Source: a virus. From it: a stretch of 64,000 nucleotides of DNA. Position 1 is the first letter of the stretch. Every line of letters begins with the position of its first letter. The notes under the pieces were generated by a model. The model was not told the DNA's origin, searched no databases, and saw only the letters and a list, made by a program, of their open reading frames with translations. Below are positions 9,944 through 20,800 of the stretch, one piece after another. A program made the translations under genes and the position numbers. The DNA is taken from positions 8,035 through 72,034 of the IMG/VR virus record IMGVR_UViG_3300035180_002210; one strand, written 5' to 3'.

Positions 9944-10516
9944 ATGCCACCCCGTAAAGCGCCGGAATCTCCCGAGCAAGTTGCAGCATTCGAAGCCTTC
10001 TTCAAAATGGGTAATACCCGGAGCATTGCCAAATTGTCCCGCTTGCTGAAAAAAAACAAAAATACGCTGCAGAAGTGGTATCAGAAATTCAAGTGGGAGG
10101 ACAGAGCAGAGCGCCGGAGCAGGAAAATTGCGAAGGAGATAGAGAAAAAGACCGATAAGGACCTGATTAAGCAGCGTACCAGCTATTTATCTGAGATTGG
10201 ATTTTACCGAGACGCATTGAAGGACTTGCTTGATACCGTGATCAAAAAGGATCCAAAGACCGGGAAACCAAAGATCATGATTATACCCGAGAGCGTTAAG
10301 GACGTAGGTATTATCATAAAGGCTTATGAGATTCTCACCCGGCTCGAAATGGACGTGTTGAAAGAGGACAAGGACCAAAATAAGGATGAGGGTGTTCACC
10401 TTACGTTCGTTCAGCAGATAACCGTCAACGGCAAAACAGTTGAAGAGGAAGTAAAATTGGAAAGCGCGCCGGTTGTTGATGAGATTGAGGAAGCGACTGT
10501 AGTGAATGAATCTTAA
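9944..10516 (+). CDS. terS: Terminase small subunit
   Basis: N-terminal HTH (RSIAKLSRLL...TLQKWYQKFKWEDR); overlaps the start of terL. Confidence 0.8.
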   Translation: MPPRKAPESPEQVAAFEAFFKMGNTRSIAKLSRLLKKNKNTLQKWYQKFKWEDRAERRSRKIAKEIEKKTDKDLIKQRTSYLSEIGFYRDALKDLLDTVIKKDPKTGKPKIMIIPESVKDVGIIIKAYEILTRLEMDVLKEDKDQNKDEGVHLTFVQQITVNGKTVEEEVKLESAPVVDEIEEATVVNES

Positions 10517-11888
10517 ATTAGAGAATGAGATAAACCCCGCGTACTTTCCTTTGTTTTGGGACCGGAAGCGATATGAGGTTTTGTACGGAGGGGGAGGTTC
10601 GGGCAAAAGCTATTTTGCCGGCCAGAAAATGCTTACCAGGGTTATGCAGGAGGAAGGGCATAAATTCCTTGTGGTCAGAAAGGTTGCTAAGACGCTGCGC
10701 GGAAGCTGCTATTCACTATTGCAGGGTGTAGCTCAATCATGGGGGATAGAACAAAAGTTCGATTTTAGGAAAACGGATATGTCCATCCAGTACAGAGCGA
10801 ACGGAAATGAGATTGTTTTTGCCGGTATGGATGATACGGAGAAGATTAAGTCTATTTTTGGCATTACGGGTATTTGGATTGAAGAAGCTACTGAATTAGC
10901 GAAAACTGATTTCATGCAGCTTGATATCCGACTCAGGGGACAGACGCCGAACTACAAGCAGATCATGTTGAGCTTTAACCCGATAAACAGTCAAAATTGG
11001 CTATACAGGCATTTTTTCGCCAATCCGGGAGCACGGGTACAAAAGCGGAGCACGATACTTAAAACTACGTACAAAGACAATTTGAAACTGGATGCCGAGT
11101 ACGTAGAAATGCTGGAAGGATTGCGGGAGCAGGATGAGAATTACTATAATGTCTATTGCCTTGGACTTTGGGGACAGTTAGCGGAAATTATCTACAAACC
11201 ATTCCCGATCAGGAAGCTTTATCCGCCATACTTCACGGACACATTTTACGGCCTCGATTTTGGTTTTGTAATGCCTACGGCCTTGGTCCAGATTGACCGG
11301 AGGGAAAATGAGTTCTTTTTGACTGAGAAAATATACCGGACAAGGCTCACTAACGGGGAATTAATCCAGCAAATGAATGATTTGGGTATTTCGAAGCATC
11401 AGCCAATCTACGCCGACGCTGCCGAGCCGCAGAGGATCCAAGAGATTCACAATGCAGGGTATATGATCATCCCGGCCAACAAGCGGGTGAAGGACGGCAT
11501 AGACCATGTAAAGCGCCATGTGATTTACAGCACACCTGAGAATGTGAATATAAACAGCGAGGTTTTGGGCTACGCTTACAGGAAAGACAAGGACGGCAAT
11601 ATATTGGAGGAGCCGATAAAAATTAAAGATCACATGATGGATGCTATCCGTTATGGAATACATACGCACCTGGGGTTAGACTTCGGTGAGTTGGCGCAGA
11701 ATCCGGCAAATATGGATATGGACAACCTGATAAAGCTATCGGATGCTTACATGGAGTTGAAGTACCGCTGTTTGAAGGAAGGTTTGGACGAGGCTACAAT
11801 GGCGCAAAGGCTTATCAAGGAGCTTCAGCTTAATGAGGTGAATTACGATAAGCTGAAAAAGTACGTGAAGACTGAATATGACTATTGA
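10506..11888 (+). CDS. terL: Terminase large subunit (PBSX-like) with C-terminal extension
   Basis: YGGGGSGKS Walker A, WIEEATE Walker B, LSFNP, nuclease motifs GLDFG, DAAEP, DHMMDAIRY. Confidence 0.95.
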   Translation: MNLKLENEINPAYFPLFWDRKRYEVLYGGGGSGKSYFAGQKMLTRVMQEEGHKFLVVRKVAKTLRGSCYSLLQGVAQSWGIEQKFDFRKTDMSIQYRANGNEIVFAGMDDTEKIKSIFGITGIWIEEATELAKTDFMQLDIRLRGQTPNYKQIMLSFNPINSQNWLYRHFFANPGARVQKRSTILKTTYKDNLKLDAEYVEMLEGLREQDENYYNVYCLGLWGQLAEIIYKPFPIRKLYPPYFTDTFYGLDFGFVMPTALVQIDRRENEFFLTEKIYRTRLTNGELIQQMNDLGISKHQPIYADAAEPQRIQEIHNAGYMIIPANKRVKDGIDHVKRHVIYSTPENVNINSEVLGYAYRKDKDGNILEEPIKIKDHMMDAIRYGIHTHLGLDFGELAQNPANMDMDNLIKLSDAYMELKYRCLKEGLDEATMAQRLIKELQLNEVNYDKLKKYVKTEYDY

Positions 11889-11908
11889 CAATTAACAAAT
11901 AGAACCCT

Positions 11909-12256
11909 ATGTTTGATAACATGAAAAAACCAATAAGTAACGAAATTTTAGAAAAACTCGTCATCGGCACATTGATTGACAAACCGGTAAGCTTTGAGCT
12001 GGTTGAATCATTCTTGAAGCCGGAACATTTTAATAATGATGATCACCGGAGAATATATCAGGCGATCATAGACCTTGCAGCAGCACATATACCTATTACT
12101 CCGTTCGCGATACTTGATAAATCCGCTCCTGATTTCATACACCGGTCAGACTTCGCGACATACATAATGCAGTTAGCACAGATAACGGTTTCACGGGGCC
12201 ACCTGGCAGATACGGCCAGAGCCTTGATAACCAAACAACAAGGAGCAGCAGAATGA
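11909..12256 (+). CDS. Stand-alone DnaB N-terminal-domain-like protein
   Basis: EKLVIGTLI...LKPEHFNNDDHRRIYQAIIDL...IPIT...YIMQL matches the DnaB-N pattern; no ATPase domain. Confidence 0.7.
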   Translation: MFDNMKKPISNEILEKLVIGTLIDKPVSFELVESFLKPEHFNNDDHRRIYQAIIDLAAAHIPITPFAILDKSAPDFIHRSDFATYIMQLAQITVSRGHLADTARALITKQQGAAE

Positions 12257-13191
12257 AGAAGTTATTTTATCGGTTCATCACTTTTTTGGTAGCGACGTTT
12301 ATTCAACCCATCCACAACGAGCTATTGACTTTACGCGGCTGGATCACCGGCAGGGCGGAACTGTTTGAAAATGCAGTGAAAGCGGAATCAGAGAAGTTTT
12401 ACAAAACGCTGGCAGAGCACGTAGAGGCTTTATCCAAAGGGTTGGCGGCTGAAGCGGTAGCACTTAGCCAAGGAATTGCCAACGAGGCCCAACGCGCTTT
12501 CAATAAATCAGTGAAACCGGCAGTGCTGATTGTGAATGATACGATCATTAACATGGCAGCGACACCAACGTTTAAGATTGAGGGTATTTTTGACCGGGTA
12601 GCTGATGAAGTAACAATCGCAATGCAGGCAAATTTCCGAGAAGTGGCGAAGTTCAGACTCGATATGAGGAAGATTGCTAAAATATTTGGCGAGGAATACG
12701 GGCAGCTTTACGAAAAGGGGAAAGAATCTATTCTGTTTTACCAGGAGTTTATTGCATCCGCTAAGTACAGAAAAGATCCCGTTGAACCACCGTTTGATTT
12801 CTTTTCCGGCGTAATGAAGGAATATAATTTCCGGTTCGCTAACAGCATTCAGAGTATGAATGTTCTAACCGAGGAGTATTTACAGCAGCAGTTTATTAAT
12901 TCCTTTATTGGCATTGCCCGCTATGTTATTGAAGAAGAAGAAAAGCTGGTACAGGAAAACCAGGCAAAGATACAGAGCATGCACGCCATAAGCGAAGGCC
13001 AGAGCGCGAACGTTCAGCAGTCCAATATTCTGGATATGAACGGGAACCCGATTAACACGGCAGCACCGACACCCAGCGAACCCGAACCAGCAGACGCCGA
13101 GCCAGCCGCGGCAATTTCATCGAGCGGCACATACCCTATTCCACCTGCAGGCAGCAGCCCGCTCCCAGCCGAGGACGGCGAAGTAGTTTAA
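12253..13191 (+). CDS. Hypothetical protein with Pro/Ala-rich C-terminal tail
   Basis: AAGGAG RBS, ATGA coupling, 312-aa ORF. Confidence 0.7.
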   Translation: MKKLFYRFITFLVATFIQPIHNELLTLRGWITGRAELFENAVKAESEKFYKTLAEHVEALSKGLAAEAVALSQGIANEAQRAFNKSVKPAVLIVNDTIINMAATPTFKIEGIFDRVADEVTIAMQANFREVAKFRLDMRKIAKIFGEEYGQLYEKGKESILFYQEFIASAKYRKDPVEPPFDFFSGVMKEYNFRFANSIQSMNVLTEEYLQQQFINSFIGIARYVIEEEEKLVQENQAKIQSMHAISEGQSANVQQSNILDMNGNPINTAAPTPSEPEPADAEPAAAISSSGTYPIPPAGSSPLPAEDGEVV

Positions 13192-13201
13192 TCCTAAAAA
13201 G

Positions 13202-13271
13202 TGCGCTCCGGTGTGGCGGGATATGTCAGGTCCCGTCACCGGGAACATCGGAAACAGAGAGCCGGAGCGCA
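13202..13271. other. Intergenic branched stem-loop
   Basis: TGCGCTCCGG pairs with CCGGAGCGCA, enclosing GTGGCGGGA/TCCCGTCAC; flanked by A-tracts. Confidence 0.55.
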
Positions 13272-13298
13272 AAAATTATAAACCGGAAAGGACTAACG

Positions 13299-13886
13299 AT
13301 GAAAACAATACTGTTTATCCTGTTAACAGTTGCGATATTCGCCCAGAATGATTACAAAGGTTGTCCGGAAACCGGGACGCCATCGAAGGCAAATATAAAC
13401 GCGCTGAATGTATTGAAGAACCGCGCAGCGATACCGGCGGTTGCTGATTTTGATACGACCGTTACTTTGGAGGCTATGCTGATCACCGGCGATGACACAA
13501 AACGATGGACACCGGCAAAGGCGGGACAGATCACCGGACAGATTAAACTTGTTAAGACCGGAGGCGCGGAATCCTGCAATTGCGGAATGAAAGACGATGA
13601 GGACAGAGACGCGCATATTGAGATTGTTTCACTCACTCATAGTACACTGCCGGTAATTGTAGAGGTTACACCCAGGATCAGGGCACAGATGAAGGCCCGG
13701 GGAATTGACTGGAGTACCAAAACTTTGAAAAGCCTTGTAGGCTCCATTGTAACCGTTCAGGGCTGGCTATTTTATGACGCCGAGCATAAGCAAAGCGCAA
13801 CGAACACCGCACCGGCAGGGAAGCATAACTGGCGGGCGACCGCATGGGAGATTCACCCCGTTACCTATTTGAAAGTGGTGAAATAA
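13299..13886 (+). CDS. Secreted OB-fold-like protein (WEIHPV motif)
   Basis: Signal peptide MKTILFILLTVAIFA|Q; DAHIEI, VIVEVTP, VTVQGWLFYD.EH, WEIHPV. Confidence 0.7.
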   Translation: MKTILFILLTVAIFAQNDYKGCPETGTPSKANINALNVLKNRAAIPAVADFDTTVTLEAMLITGDDTKRWTPAKAGQITGQIKLVKTGGAESCNCGMKDDEDRDAHIEIVSLTHSTLPVIVEVTPRIRAQMKARGIDWSTKTLKSLVGSIVTVQGWLFYDAEHKQSATNTAPAGKHNWRATAWEIHPVTYLKVVK

Positions 13887-13890
13887 ACGC

Positions 13891-14151
13891 ATGGATAAGC
13901 AAAACATCTACGCAATTTATTGGAGATACAAGAACTCAACCAGGGAGCGTATCCTCGTTATGGGGAGAAGGAACCCGGTTCTATTTAGCTCAGAATCTGC
14001 CTGCAGGGCTGACGTAAAATTGCGGAACCATGTGACCAGTAGAATTTTATATCGAGCTCAAAAAGTAAAAGTTTATAAAAATGGCGTAGTGAAGAAAATA
14101 GTCATAAATAATTTTCAGTGGCTATCACCCGCTATGACGGTGACGAAATGA
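13891..14151 (+). CDS. Basic hypothetical protein
   Basis: Co-oriented, coupled to the next gene. Confidence 0.5.
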   Translation: MDKQNIYAIYWRYKNSTRERILVMGRRNPVLFSSESACRADVKLRNHVTSRILYRAQKVKVYKNGVVKKIVINNFQWLSPAMTVTK

Positions 14152-14471
14152 AGCTTAACGGCCTCGAAGTTGACTTTGATGAAAATGAGGGCTTGCTAAA
14201 CATATTCGCCCGGCAATATTGGGAGATAAAGTTAGAGTTCATAAACGAGGAGATACCGAGGCCGCAGACGGAGAAAAGATTCATGGCGGCCTTCGCGGAA
14301 AAGTACAAGCTTGAAATGACACTGGATGATTTTATTGAGCTGAAAGACTACGCGGAGAACGACTACCGCGGGGAGGCATTAGCCAGAATTCAGGAAGATT
14401 TGGACAGTGGATTGCTTACAGAAGTAAATAGTGCAAAATATAGAGCAAAGGGGAAGCCCGAAACTTTATAG
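14148..14471 (+). CDS. Hypothetical protein resembling the TerL C-terminal extension
   Basis: ATGA coupling at 14148; YWEIKLEFINEEI...FIELKDYAENDY vs TerL YMELKYRCLKEGL...YDKLKKYVKTEY. Confidence 0.6.
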   Translation: MKLNGLEVDFDENEGLLNIFARQYWEIKLEFINEEIPRPQTEKRFMAAFAEKYKLEMTLDDFIELKDYAENDYRGEALARIQEDLDSGLLTEVNSAKYRAKGKPETL

Positions 14472-14474
14472 TTT
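14429..14474 (+). promoter_or_regulatory. Late promoter element 2 (before portal)
   Basis: TAGTGCAAAATATAGAGCAAA (17/21 match to the 30798/43716 copy) and TAGTTT exactly 40 nt after the motif start. Confidence 0.65.
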
Positions 14475-14501
14475 CCCGTCAAATTTTGGAGTAAAGCCGA
14501 T

Positions 14502-16316
14502 ATGAACATCAGTCTTGCTGACGATGAAAATGATAAACCAGAAATTCTCACGGACAATGATATTATTGAACAGGTCAACAATAACGCGCAATTCCAAAAG
14601 GATCTACGTGTTTTAGACCAATCCAGTGCGATAAACTTTGAATTAGCAAACGAGGTACTTGCCTTGCTGCAGGACAGCGAAGGCCTCATGTTCGATCAGT
14701 CTGAAGGAGAGCGGTTTATTAATTGGGAAACAGAGCCCATTCCCTACCAGGTATTACGCAGGGCCGGAGCTTCAGAGCCAGCCGAACTTATTAAGAGCCA
14801 CCGAACTTTCGATTTTATTACATGGGGCAGAATACCTCCAAGAGAGGGCGCGAGGGGTTGTAGGTTAAAATTCCGGAATCCGGATTATCAGCCGACCAGG
14901 GAAGAAAGTGCCATGCTTCGCCAGTGGGAAATGAAGATATTCGAACAGTTCTTTTTTCCCCCGAATGAGTATTACGCCAATTTCGGAAAGTTCATAAGCG
15001 CAGCGTACCGGGATTGGTTTGATCTGGATGATATTACGACTGAATTTAGGATGGATGGTTTTGGCCAGCCGGTAGCGGTCCACTTGCAGGATCCCATAAT
15101 AATGAAGCCGATTGTGAAGCAGAGGAAATACTCAGCAGCGGGATTATACTCAGACGTTGAGGATATCCTGAACGATTATGAGAAGCTTTTAGACACGAAG
15201 GAATTTAAGGAAGCGACCAGCCGGGACAGGGAAGAAGCCGACTATCTGCTATTGTACAATAACAAGCGCTTTGCAGCCCTCACCAGGGAAAGAGTACGTA
15301 AGTTCCACTTCTTCACCCGTAGCGATTTTCGACACGCACAGCGGGGCTATAGCGTTGTGGAGAAGGGAATCCGTACACTCACGAACATCATCAACGCGCT
15401 AACATGGAATGCCAGCAATTTCAACAGCCGCCAATTTACCAGCATGGTAGCATTTACCGGCGGAGGCGTTAACACCGTCGCGTTAGAAAAGCTGAAAAAG
15501 ATACTCTACGCCAACATGAGCGGAGCCAGCAACGCCCAGAAATTCCCGATGATCAGCTTAACCGGGGAAAAGACGGACGCCAAAGTTTTGAATCTTCGCC
15601 AGAACTCCAAGGACTTTGAATTCCACCAAGGCACTACTTTACTCTTCTCAATTTGGTGTAAATACTCCGGGACGGACCCGAACGAGCTTGCATTAGCTTC
15701 CTACAAGGACGCGGTAGGGAAACCGGGATTATTCAATGAATCCGCCGACGGCCTTGTTAAGGAGAGCAAAGATTCAGGAGCCAGAACCTTCCTTACGCAC
15801 CTTGCAGATTCAATGAATGTGCCTAACAGGGACGGGCTGAACGTATTCCAGCTTATGACTCAGATGGATGTTAAGATGGAGTTCACCGGCTTCGAAATAG
15901 AGGACGCAAAGGTAAAATACGAACTCCGTGAAAAAGACTTAGAAACCGTAAAGAGCGTAAACGATATTTTGGCCGAGCAGGACAAGGAACGTCAGGTTTT
16001 AATGTTGGGAGATAATAACATATTCGATATTCCCGGGTTCCATAACTCATCGGTTTATCAAACCGCGTTATTCCTTGCTCAGCAGAAGGCTCAGAAAGAC
16101 GCCGCCCAGCAGCAACCGGGAGGAATGCCGGGCATGCCAGGACAGCAGGCACCGCAGGACCCCGCAGCGGAAGCCCAGCAGCAGGGTATTCAATTAACTG
16201 ATAAAGACCAAGCTTTGTTAAAGCAGGTTCAACAAAAACAAGGCGGCAATTCAATGGACAACGATTTGCAGGCCGAACTACAACAAAACGGCGGACAGCC
16301 GGAGGAGCAGGAATGA
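14502..16316 (+). CDS. Portal protein (SPO1/Twort-like) with Gln/Pro/Gly-rich tail
   Basis: GYSVVE...NASNF, KDFEF...DPNEL, ESKDSGARTFLTHLADSMN pattern; between terminase and MuF. Confidence 0.85.
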   Translation: MNISLADDENDKPEILTDNDIIEQVNNNAQFQKDLRVLDQSSAINFELANEVLALLQDSEGLMFDQSEGERFINWETEPIPYQVLRRAGASEPAELIKSHRTFDFITWGRIPPREGARGCRLKFRNPDYQPTREESAMLRQWEMKIFEQFFFPPNEYYANFGKFISAAYRDWFDLDDITTEFRMDGFGQPVAVHLQDPIIMKPIVKQRKYSAAGLYSDVEDILNDYEKLLDTKEFKEATSRDREEADYLLLYNNKRFAALTRERVRKFHFFTRSDFRHAQRGYSVVEKGIRTLTNIINALTWNASNFNSRQFTSMVAFTGGGVNTVALEKLKKILYANMSGASNAQKFPMISLTGEKTDAKVLNLRQNSKDFEFHQGTTLLFSIWCKYSGTDPNELALASYKDAVGKPGLFNESADGLVKESKDSGARTFLTHLADSMNVPNRDGLNVFQLMTQMDVKMEFTGFEIEDAKVKYELREKDLETVKSVNDILAEQDKERQVLMLGDNNIFDIPGFHNSSVYQTALFLAQQKAQKDAAQQQPGGMPGMPGQQAPQDPAAEAQQQGIQLTDKDQALLKQVQQKQGGNSMDNDLQAELQQNGGQPEEQE

Positions 16317-16564
16317 TAGTTAACACCAAGGACACCCGTTTCGAACTAAAGGAAGGTGATACGCATATTTACAATAATTGCGTCATCCACCAGTATGGAC
16401 AATTGGACGCGGTAAAGGAAGATAAACCGGCAAAGACCATAAAGGATTGTGCGAACTTTGACCAGTGTGTTGCGTTCGTGAAAGAAGAAATAGGATTAAC
16501 CTACGAGCTGATAAAGAGCGTTTTAATCAGTGCCGATAAATTTTTCATTACCCAAGGCCAATGA
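16313..16564 (+). CDS. Small head-module protein with LIK|SVLI motif
   Basis: GGAG RBS, ATGA coupling at both ends. Confidence 0.65.
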   Translation: MIVNTKDTRFELKEGDTHIYNNCVIHQYGQLDAVKEDKPAKTIKDCANFDQCVAFVKEEIGLTYELIKSVLISADKFFITQGQ

Positions 16565-17610
16565 TACTTACTATAGATTCGAAGATTCACCACCTTAAAG
16601 AGCTTGATTTCATTGAGCGGGAACTTTACGGCCTTTTTAGCCCGGAGGAGTTCTATACCGATTTACGGAAGTTTCTGCAGCAGAATCCGGACATCGACCT
16701 ACGCAATAAGGGCTGGTTGAATGAATTCGAGGTCAGGGCCATTGATGAATATGTAAAGAATTATTTCTTCTCGAGGATCCCCGAAGCAAAGACATGGTAT
16801 TTACGCGCGTATATAGTAGGCCGGTTGACGGCTGAAAGCGACCTTATGGGAACGGTACTCAGTTTGGCGCCTTTAGCAACAATGCCATTATTTGTGCAGA
16901 CAGCAGCAAAGGAATTCGGGCTATCCCTACATGAAGCCAAAATGCTGGAAGGCGCGGTCAGTACGGCAGGAATGCACATAACCAACACTACCCAGGGGAC
17001 GATTCAGCAGATTCAGACCGCGATATCCGATGCTTTGATCAGGCGGGAAGGCATTCAGGGAATAGAGCGAAGATTAAATTCCATGCTGAATCTTGACATA
17101 GGCGATTTGAACCGGGACTGGAAAAGGGTTGCGATAACCGAAACGAATATGCTGTTTAACGACGGATATATCTCTTCTATGCTTGACGGGGACTATGTAA
17201 TAGGAGTGAGCATGCCGGACGCTTGCGATTCTTGTTTGAACGACATTAACAATAAAATTTACCAGGTGACAGCCGCGCCGCCGCCGGACTATACCGAGTT
17301 AACCGGAGAAGCCAAGAAACAGGCCGAATTTGATTGGGAAACCAAAGTTTGGGCAGGAAAGAACAATATAGGCCGGAGTGCTTCCAAGCGGAAACGTTTG
17401 GATAAACAGGCTGGTAACGCCGAGACTAATTTACGGCACAAGCATCATCACGAAATGAGCATGCCCGCTTGCCCGTATCATCCACACTGCCGCTGCCGAT
17501 GGATTCACTTTAACCCGAAATTCCAATGGATTGACAAAGGCGGTAATTTGCGCTTTGCAGTTGAGGACCCGGACGCGCATGATGAATGGTATAAGGAGAA
17601 TATAGGGTGA
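16561..17610 (+). CDS. MuF / SPP1 gp7-like head morphogenesis protein
   Basis: RDWKRVAITE, DACDSC, PYHPHCRCRW; directly after portal. Confidence 0.85.
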   Translation: MILTIDSKIHHLKELDFIERELYGLFSPEEFYTDLRKFLQQNPDIDLRNKGWLNEFEVRAIDEYVKNYFFSRIPEAKTWYLRAYIVGRLTAESDLMGTVLSLAPLATMPLFVQTAAKEFGLSLHEAKMLEGAVSTAGMHITNTTQGTIQQIQTAISDALIRREGIQGIERRLNSMLNLDIGDLNRDWKRVAITETNMLFNDGYISSMLDGDYVIGVSMPDACDSCLNDINNKIYQVTAAPPPDYTELTGEAKKQAEFDWETKVWAGKNNIGRSASKRKRLDKQAGNAETNLRHKHHHEMSMPACPYHPHCRCRWIHFNPKFQWIDKGGNLRFAVEDPDAHDEWYKENIG

Positions 17611-17849
17611 ACGTAGATACGGTCCCGATACTTGCAACCATTATTCTTATTGCGACAGCAGCCACGTTTATACTTGGAATAGGCGCCTATGTTATTCACG
17701 GCAGGAAAACGAAGCTGCCATTCACCCACTATGAGAAAGACATTCTGGAAAAGAAAATCCAGAACATTCTTTATACCGGCAATAATAAATACCGGACCGA
17801 AGAGCTTATAAAATTAATCGGCGAAGAAGTCAGAAAAGCAAAGAAATGA
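17607..17849 (+). CDS. Small single-TM protein
   Basis: AAGGAG RBS, GTGA/ATGA coupling, hydrophobic N-terminus. Confidence 0.6.
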   Translation: MNVDTVPILATIILIATAATFILGIGAYVIHGRKTKLPFTHYEKDILEKKIQNILYTGNNKYRTEELIKLIGEEVRKAKK

Positions 17850-20800
17850 AATTCGTAGTTAAATATCCGGACTATGAAGGCGGCTTCATTTACAAAGCCG
17901 TTGAAGGGTATAATGTTGTTACCAGGGACAATGACCTACATATCATTGACTCCCGGCCCATAAATATGCTCAGGAAGGGATTAGACACCCACCGGGGTAA
18001 GATTTTACGCTATGACGATAGTACGGTAGAGGTTTTGACAGATCAGGGCGTAAGGACAGCCGACAGAGAATTATTTAACCGAGTTCTGATTCATAAGTCT
18101 ATTGCCACCCAGGAACGGCAGGCAGCGGACGAAATTTGGCAGCGAGGCGGCCTGATTAAATCAGTTCGTAATATGATGACGGTAAAGCCCCCAAAGGTAA
18201 AGGACAATACTGTTAAACCGCCATCATCGGGCGGCCTGGCATGGAATGCGAAGGGCGGGCAGAAACCCGATCATAAATACATCGAGCGCAGGCCATCACC
18301 CACAAGGCCGGATGAATGGGTTTATTTATACCAGCTTCCTAATGGTGAGAAGAAATGGCATGATGAGAGCGGCCAGGAAATAAGCGAACAGGACGCAAAC
18401 TCCGCAGCGCAGAACGAGCCGTCAGAAGGCAATTTAACCGGGTATAAGGAAGGTTCGTTCGTTAAGGTAAACAGCAGAACCGCCAGAGTGAGCGGCGTAG
18501 CTGATAATGTAATTTCGGTTCAGTATGATGACGGCAGTGAGGAAATACTTTCTTCCTTCCAGTTGAATCCGAAGTTGCAGAAAGTTGGAGCAAACTATTT
18601 TGATCCGCAGTCACAACAGAATTATGCAGTTGAAACGATAGGGGACAATGTATTTTTAGGCAGGAGCCAGAGCGGAGAACTCAGGGCTTTTTTGAAACGG
18701 AAGATTTTCAAGCTCAGTGACGAGCAGATACACCCTAAAACAAAGTCACGGCTGGACCCGAACCACTACACCCACGACAGCGTTTACAAAACTTATGCTT
18801 CTCATTCCCAGGCGCACGGCTATGATGAAATGAGCGACGATGGTTTGAACTATGCAAAAACCACACCGGTTGCAGGCGGACAGTGGACTATAAACCGCGA
18901 ATATGATCCGGCTACAAAGGAATTTACCGTGAGTGTAAACGGGAAAAAGGATTTCAAAATTGACTATGAGGGCAAGAACCTTGAAGTTATAGACGCGACG
19001 GACACGGACATTATTGCCAAGGACGAAACCGGCGGGATCTGGAATGTTGATAAACGCCTGTACGGCGATTATTTACGGAAACAGGGGTTGAAGATCCCCG
19101 CAGCGGGTGACAATTCAGGGTTGAGCGAAACAGACCAGATATTGAAACACGTTACGGACACCGGCAGCCAGGGAGATAAAGCAATTTCAAACGCCACCGG
19201 CATTCCGTTAAACCGGGTGAAAAAATACCTTGCAGACCTATTGATCGACGGGAAGCTCCGGCACCGGAACGGGGAGTATTCGACGAAAGAGAAACCGAAA
19301 GGACGATGGGTAGCTGATCAGAAGGCGCCAATCGTCAGCGCAGAGGAGCGGGCCAAGGGTGAGCAGGAGCGGTTGTCCAGGATTAACGATAAGAATGTTG
19401 CCAAAAATTCAGATGAGTATAAGACCGGCACTTCTTTATTGGAGAAGGAAGGGTTTAATCTTAACCCGAATAATGAATTTTACGCATCGAAGCGGGTACG
19501 CGCGAACGGCTTAGATTTTGACATCGAGGCCAAGTATAACATGCAAACCGGATTGTGGGAAACCCAAGTTTCTAACGGCCATTACAAGGAACTGCAAATA
19601 GGCAGCAATCCGGATGAAAAATTCAAGATAGCCGATATCACCGGTGACACCGTCAGGTACTATGACCATAACGGAAAAATCAATTCAGTTGATTTGAAAG
19701 AGCTTGAAGCGATAAACGGCAGAAATGTATTTGAGCCTACCAAGGCGCAGAATGCCAGCCAGAATATTGCTATGGGTGATCAGACGGAGATTGTATATGC
19801 CAATGGTGAAAAGCACAAGGCAAACTACGCGGTAGTTGAGCTTGACGATATTACCGCCAGCCACGACGAGCGGACATTCCTTCCAAACAAGAACTATCCG
19901 CAGATGGACGGCCAGAGCACGAACGACCGGGATTATACCAAGAATCTGGACGATCAGCGCATGGTTCAAAAGGTTGAACAGAACTGGGATAACCGGACTA
20001 TCAACAACAGCCAGCAGGCGGACCAACATATTATTATTTCACCGGAAAACTTTGTTGTTTCCGGGAATAATAGGACGATGAGTGCGAAGTTAGCCAGAGA
20101 GAGTAACCCGAAGGCTTGGGAAGCGTTCAAAGAAAAGATGATAGCCGACGCCAGTTATTACGGGCTGGATCCGGAAGCCATAAAAGGGATGAAGCACCCG
20201 TTTTTTGTGAAGATTGACGCCGATACGCCGAAGGATGAGAACGGGAAATACGTGTACCGGAAATCGGAGCTTGCGAAATTCAATGCCGATGATAAGAAGT
20301 CCAAGACCGAAGAAGAAGAGGCCATGACCTACGGGGACGCGATTCAGGGCCGCCCGGAGATCATGGAGGTACTTGCAGACGCCATGAAGGATAAGGAAAC
20401 ACTTAGCGATATTTTGAACAGCAAAGCGGTTGATACGCAGAAGGCGTTCAGGGATGCCCTATTCCAATCCGGGGTAATGCCGCAGCAGGCAGCGAAAAAG
20501 TATTTTAATCCGGACGGCAGCTTAACGGATAACGGTAAAATTCTCGTTCGCAGCGTACTCAAAGGGACATTCCTCAGCCCGGACACGTATGAACTTTCCA
20601 CGTCAGAAGGTATGAAAACCTTCGGTGACGCCATCATTGATAATGTTGGAGCGAACTCTATAAACGCCAGCCTGCACCCTGAATGGAGCCTGCAGAACTA
20701 CATTAATGATTCAATACGACTTGAAGGGAAATATCAGTACAGCGGGGACTACAAGAAGAGCGGCAGCCCGTTTGAGCAGATGTTACGCATGCGGAATATG

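Noticed and set aside
10506-11888. Intein or intron in terminase or other core genes
   Set aside because: Motif spacing is normal; no splice-junction motifs or homing endonuclease seen
16561-17610. MuF-fused polymorphic toxin
   Set aside because: MuF ends about 40 aa after HPHCRC with no toxin extension; the toxin-like domains are in the separate giant genes
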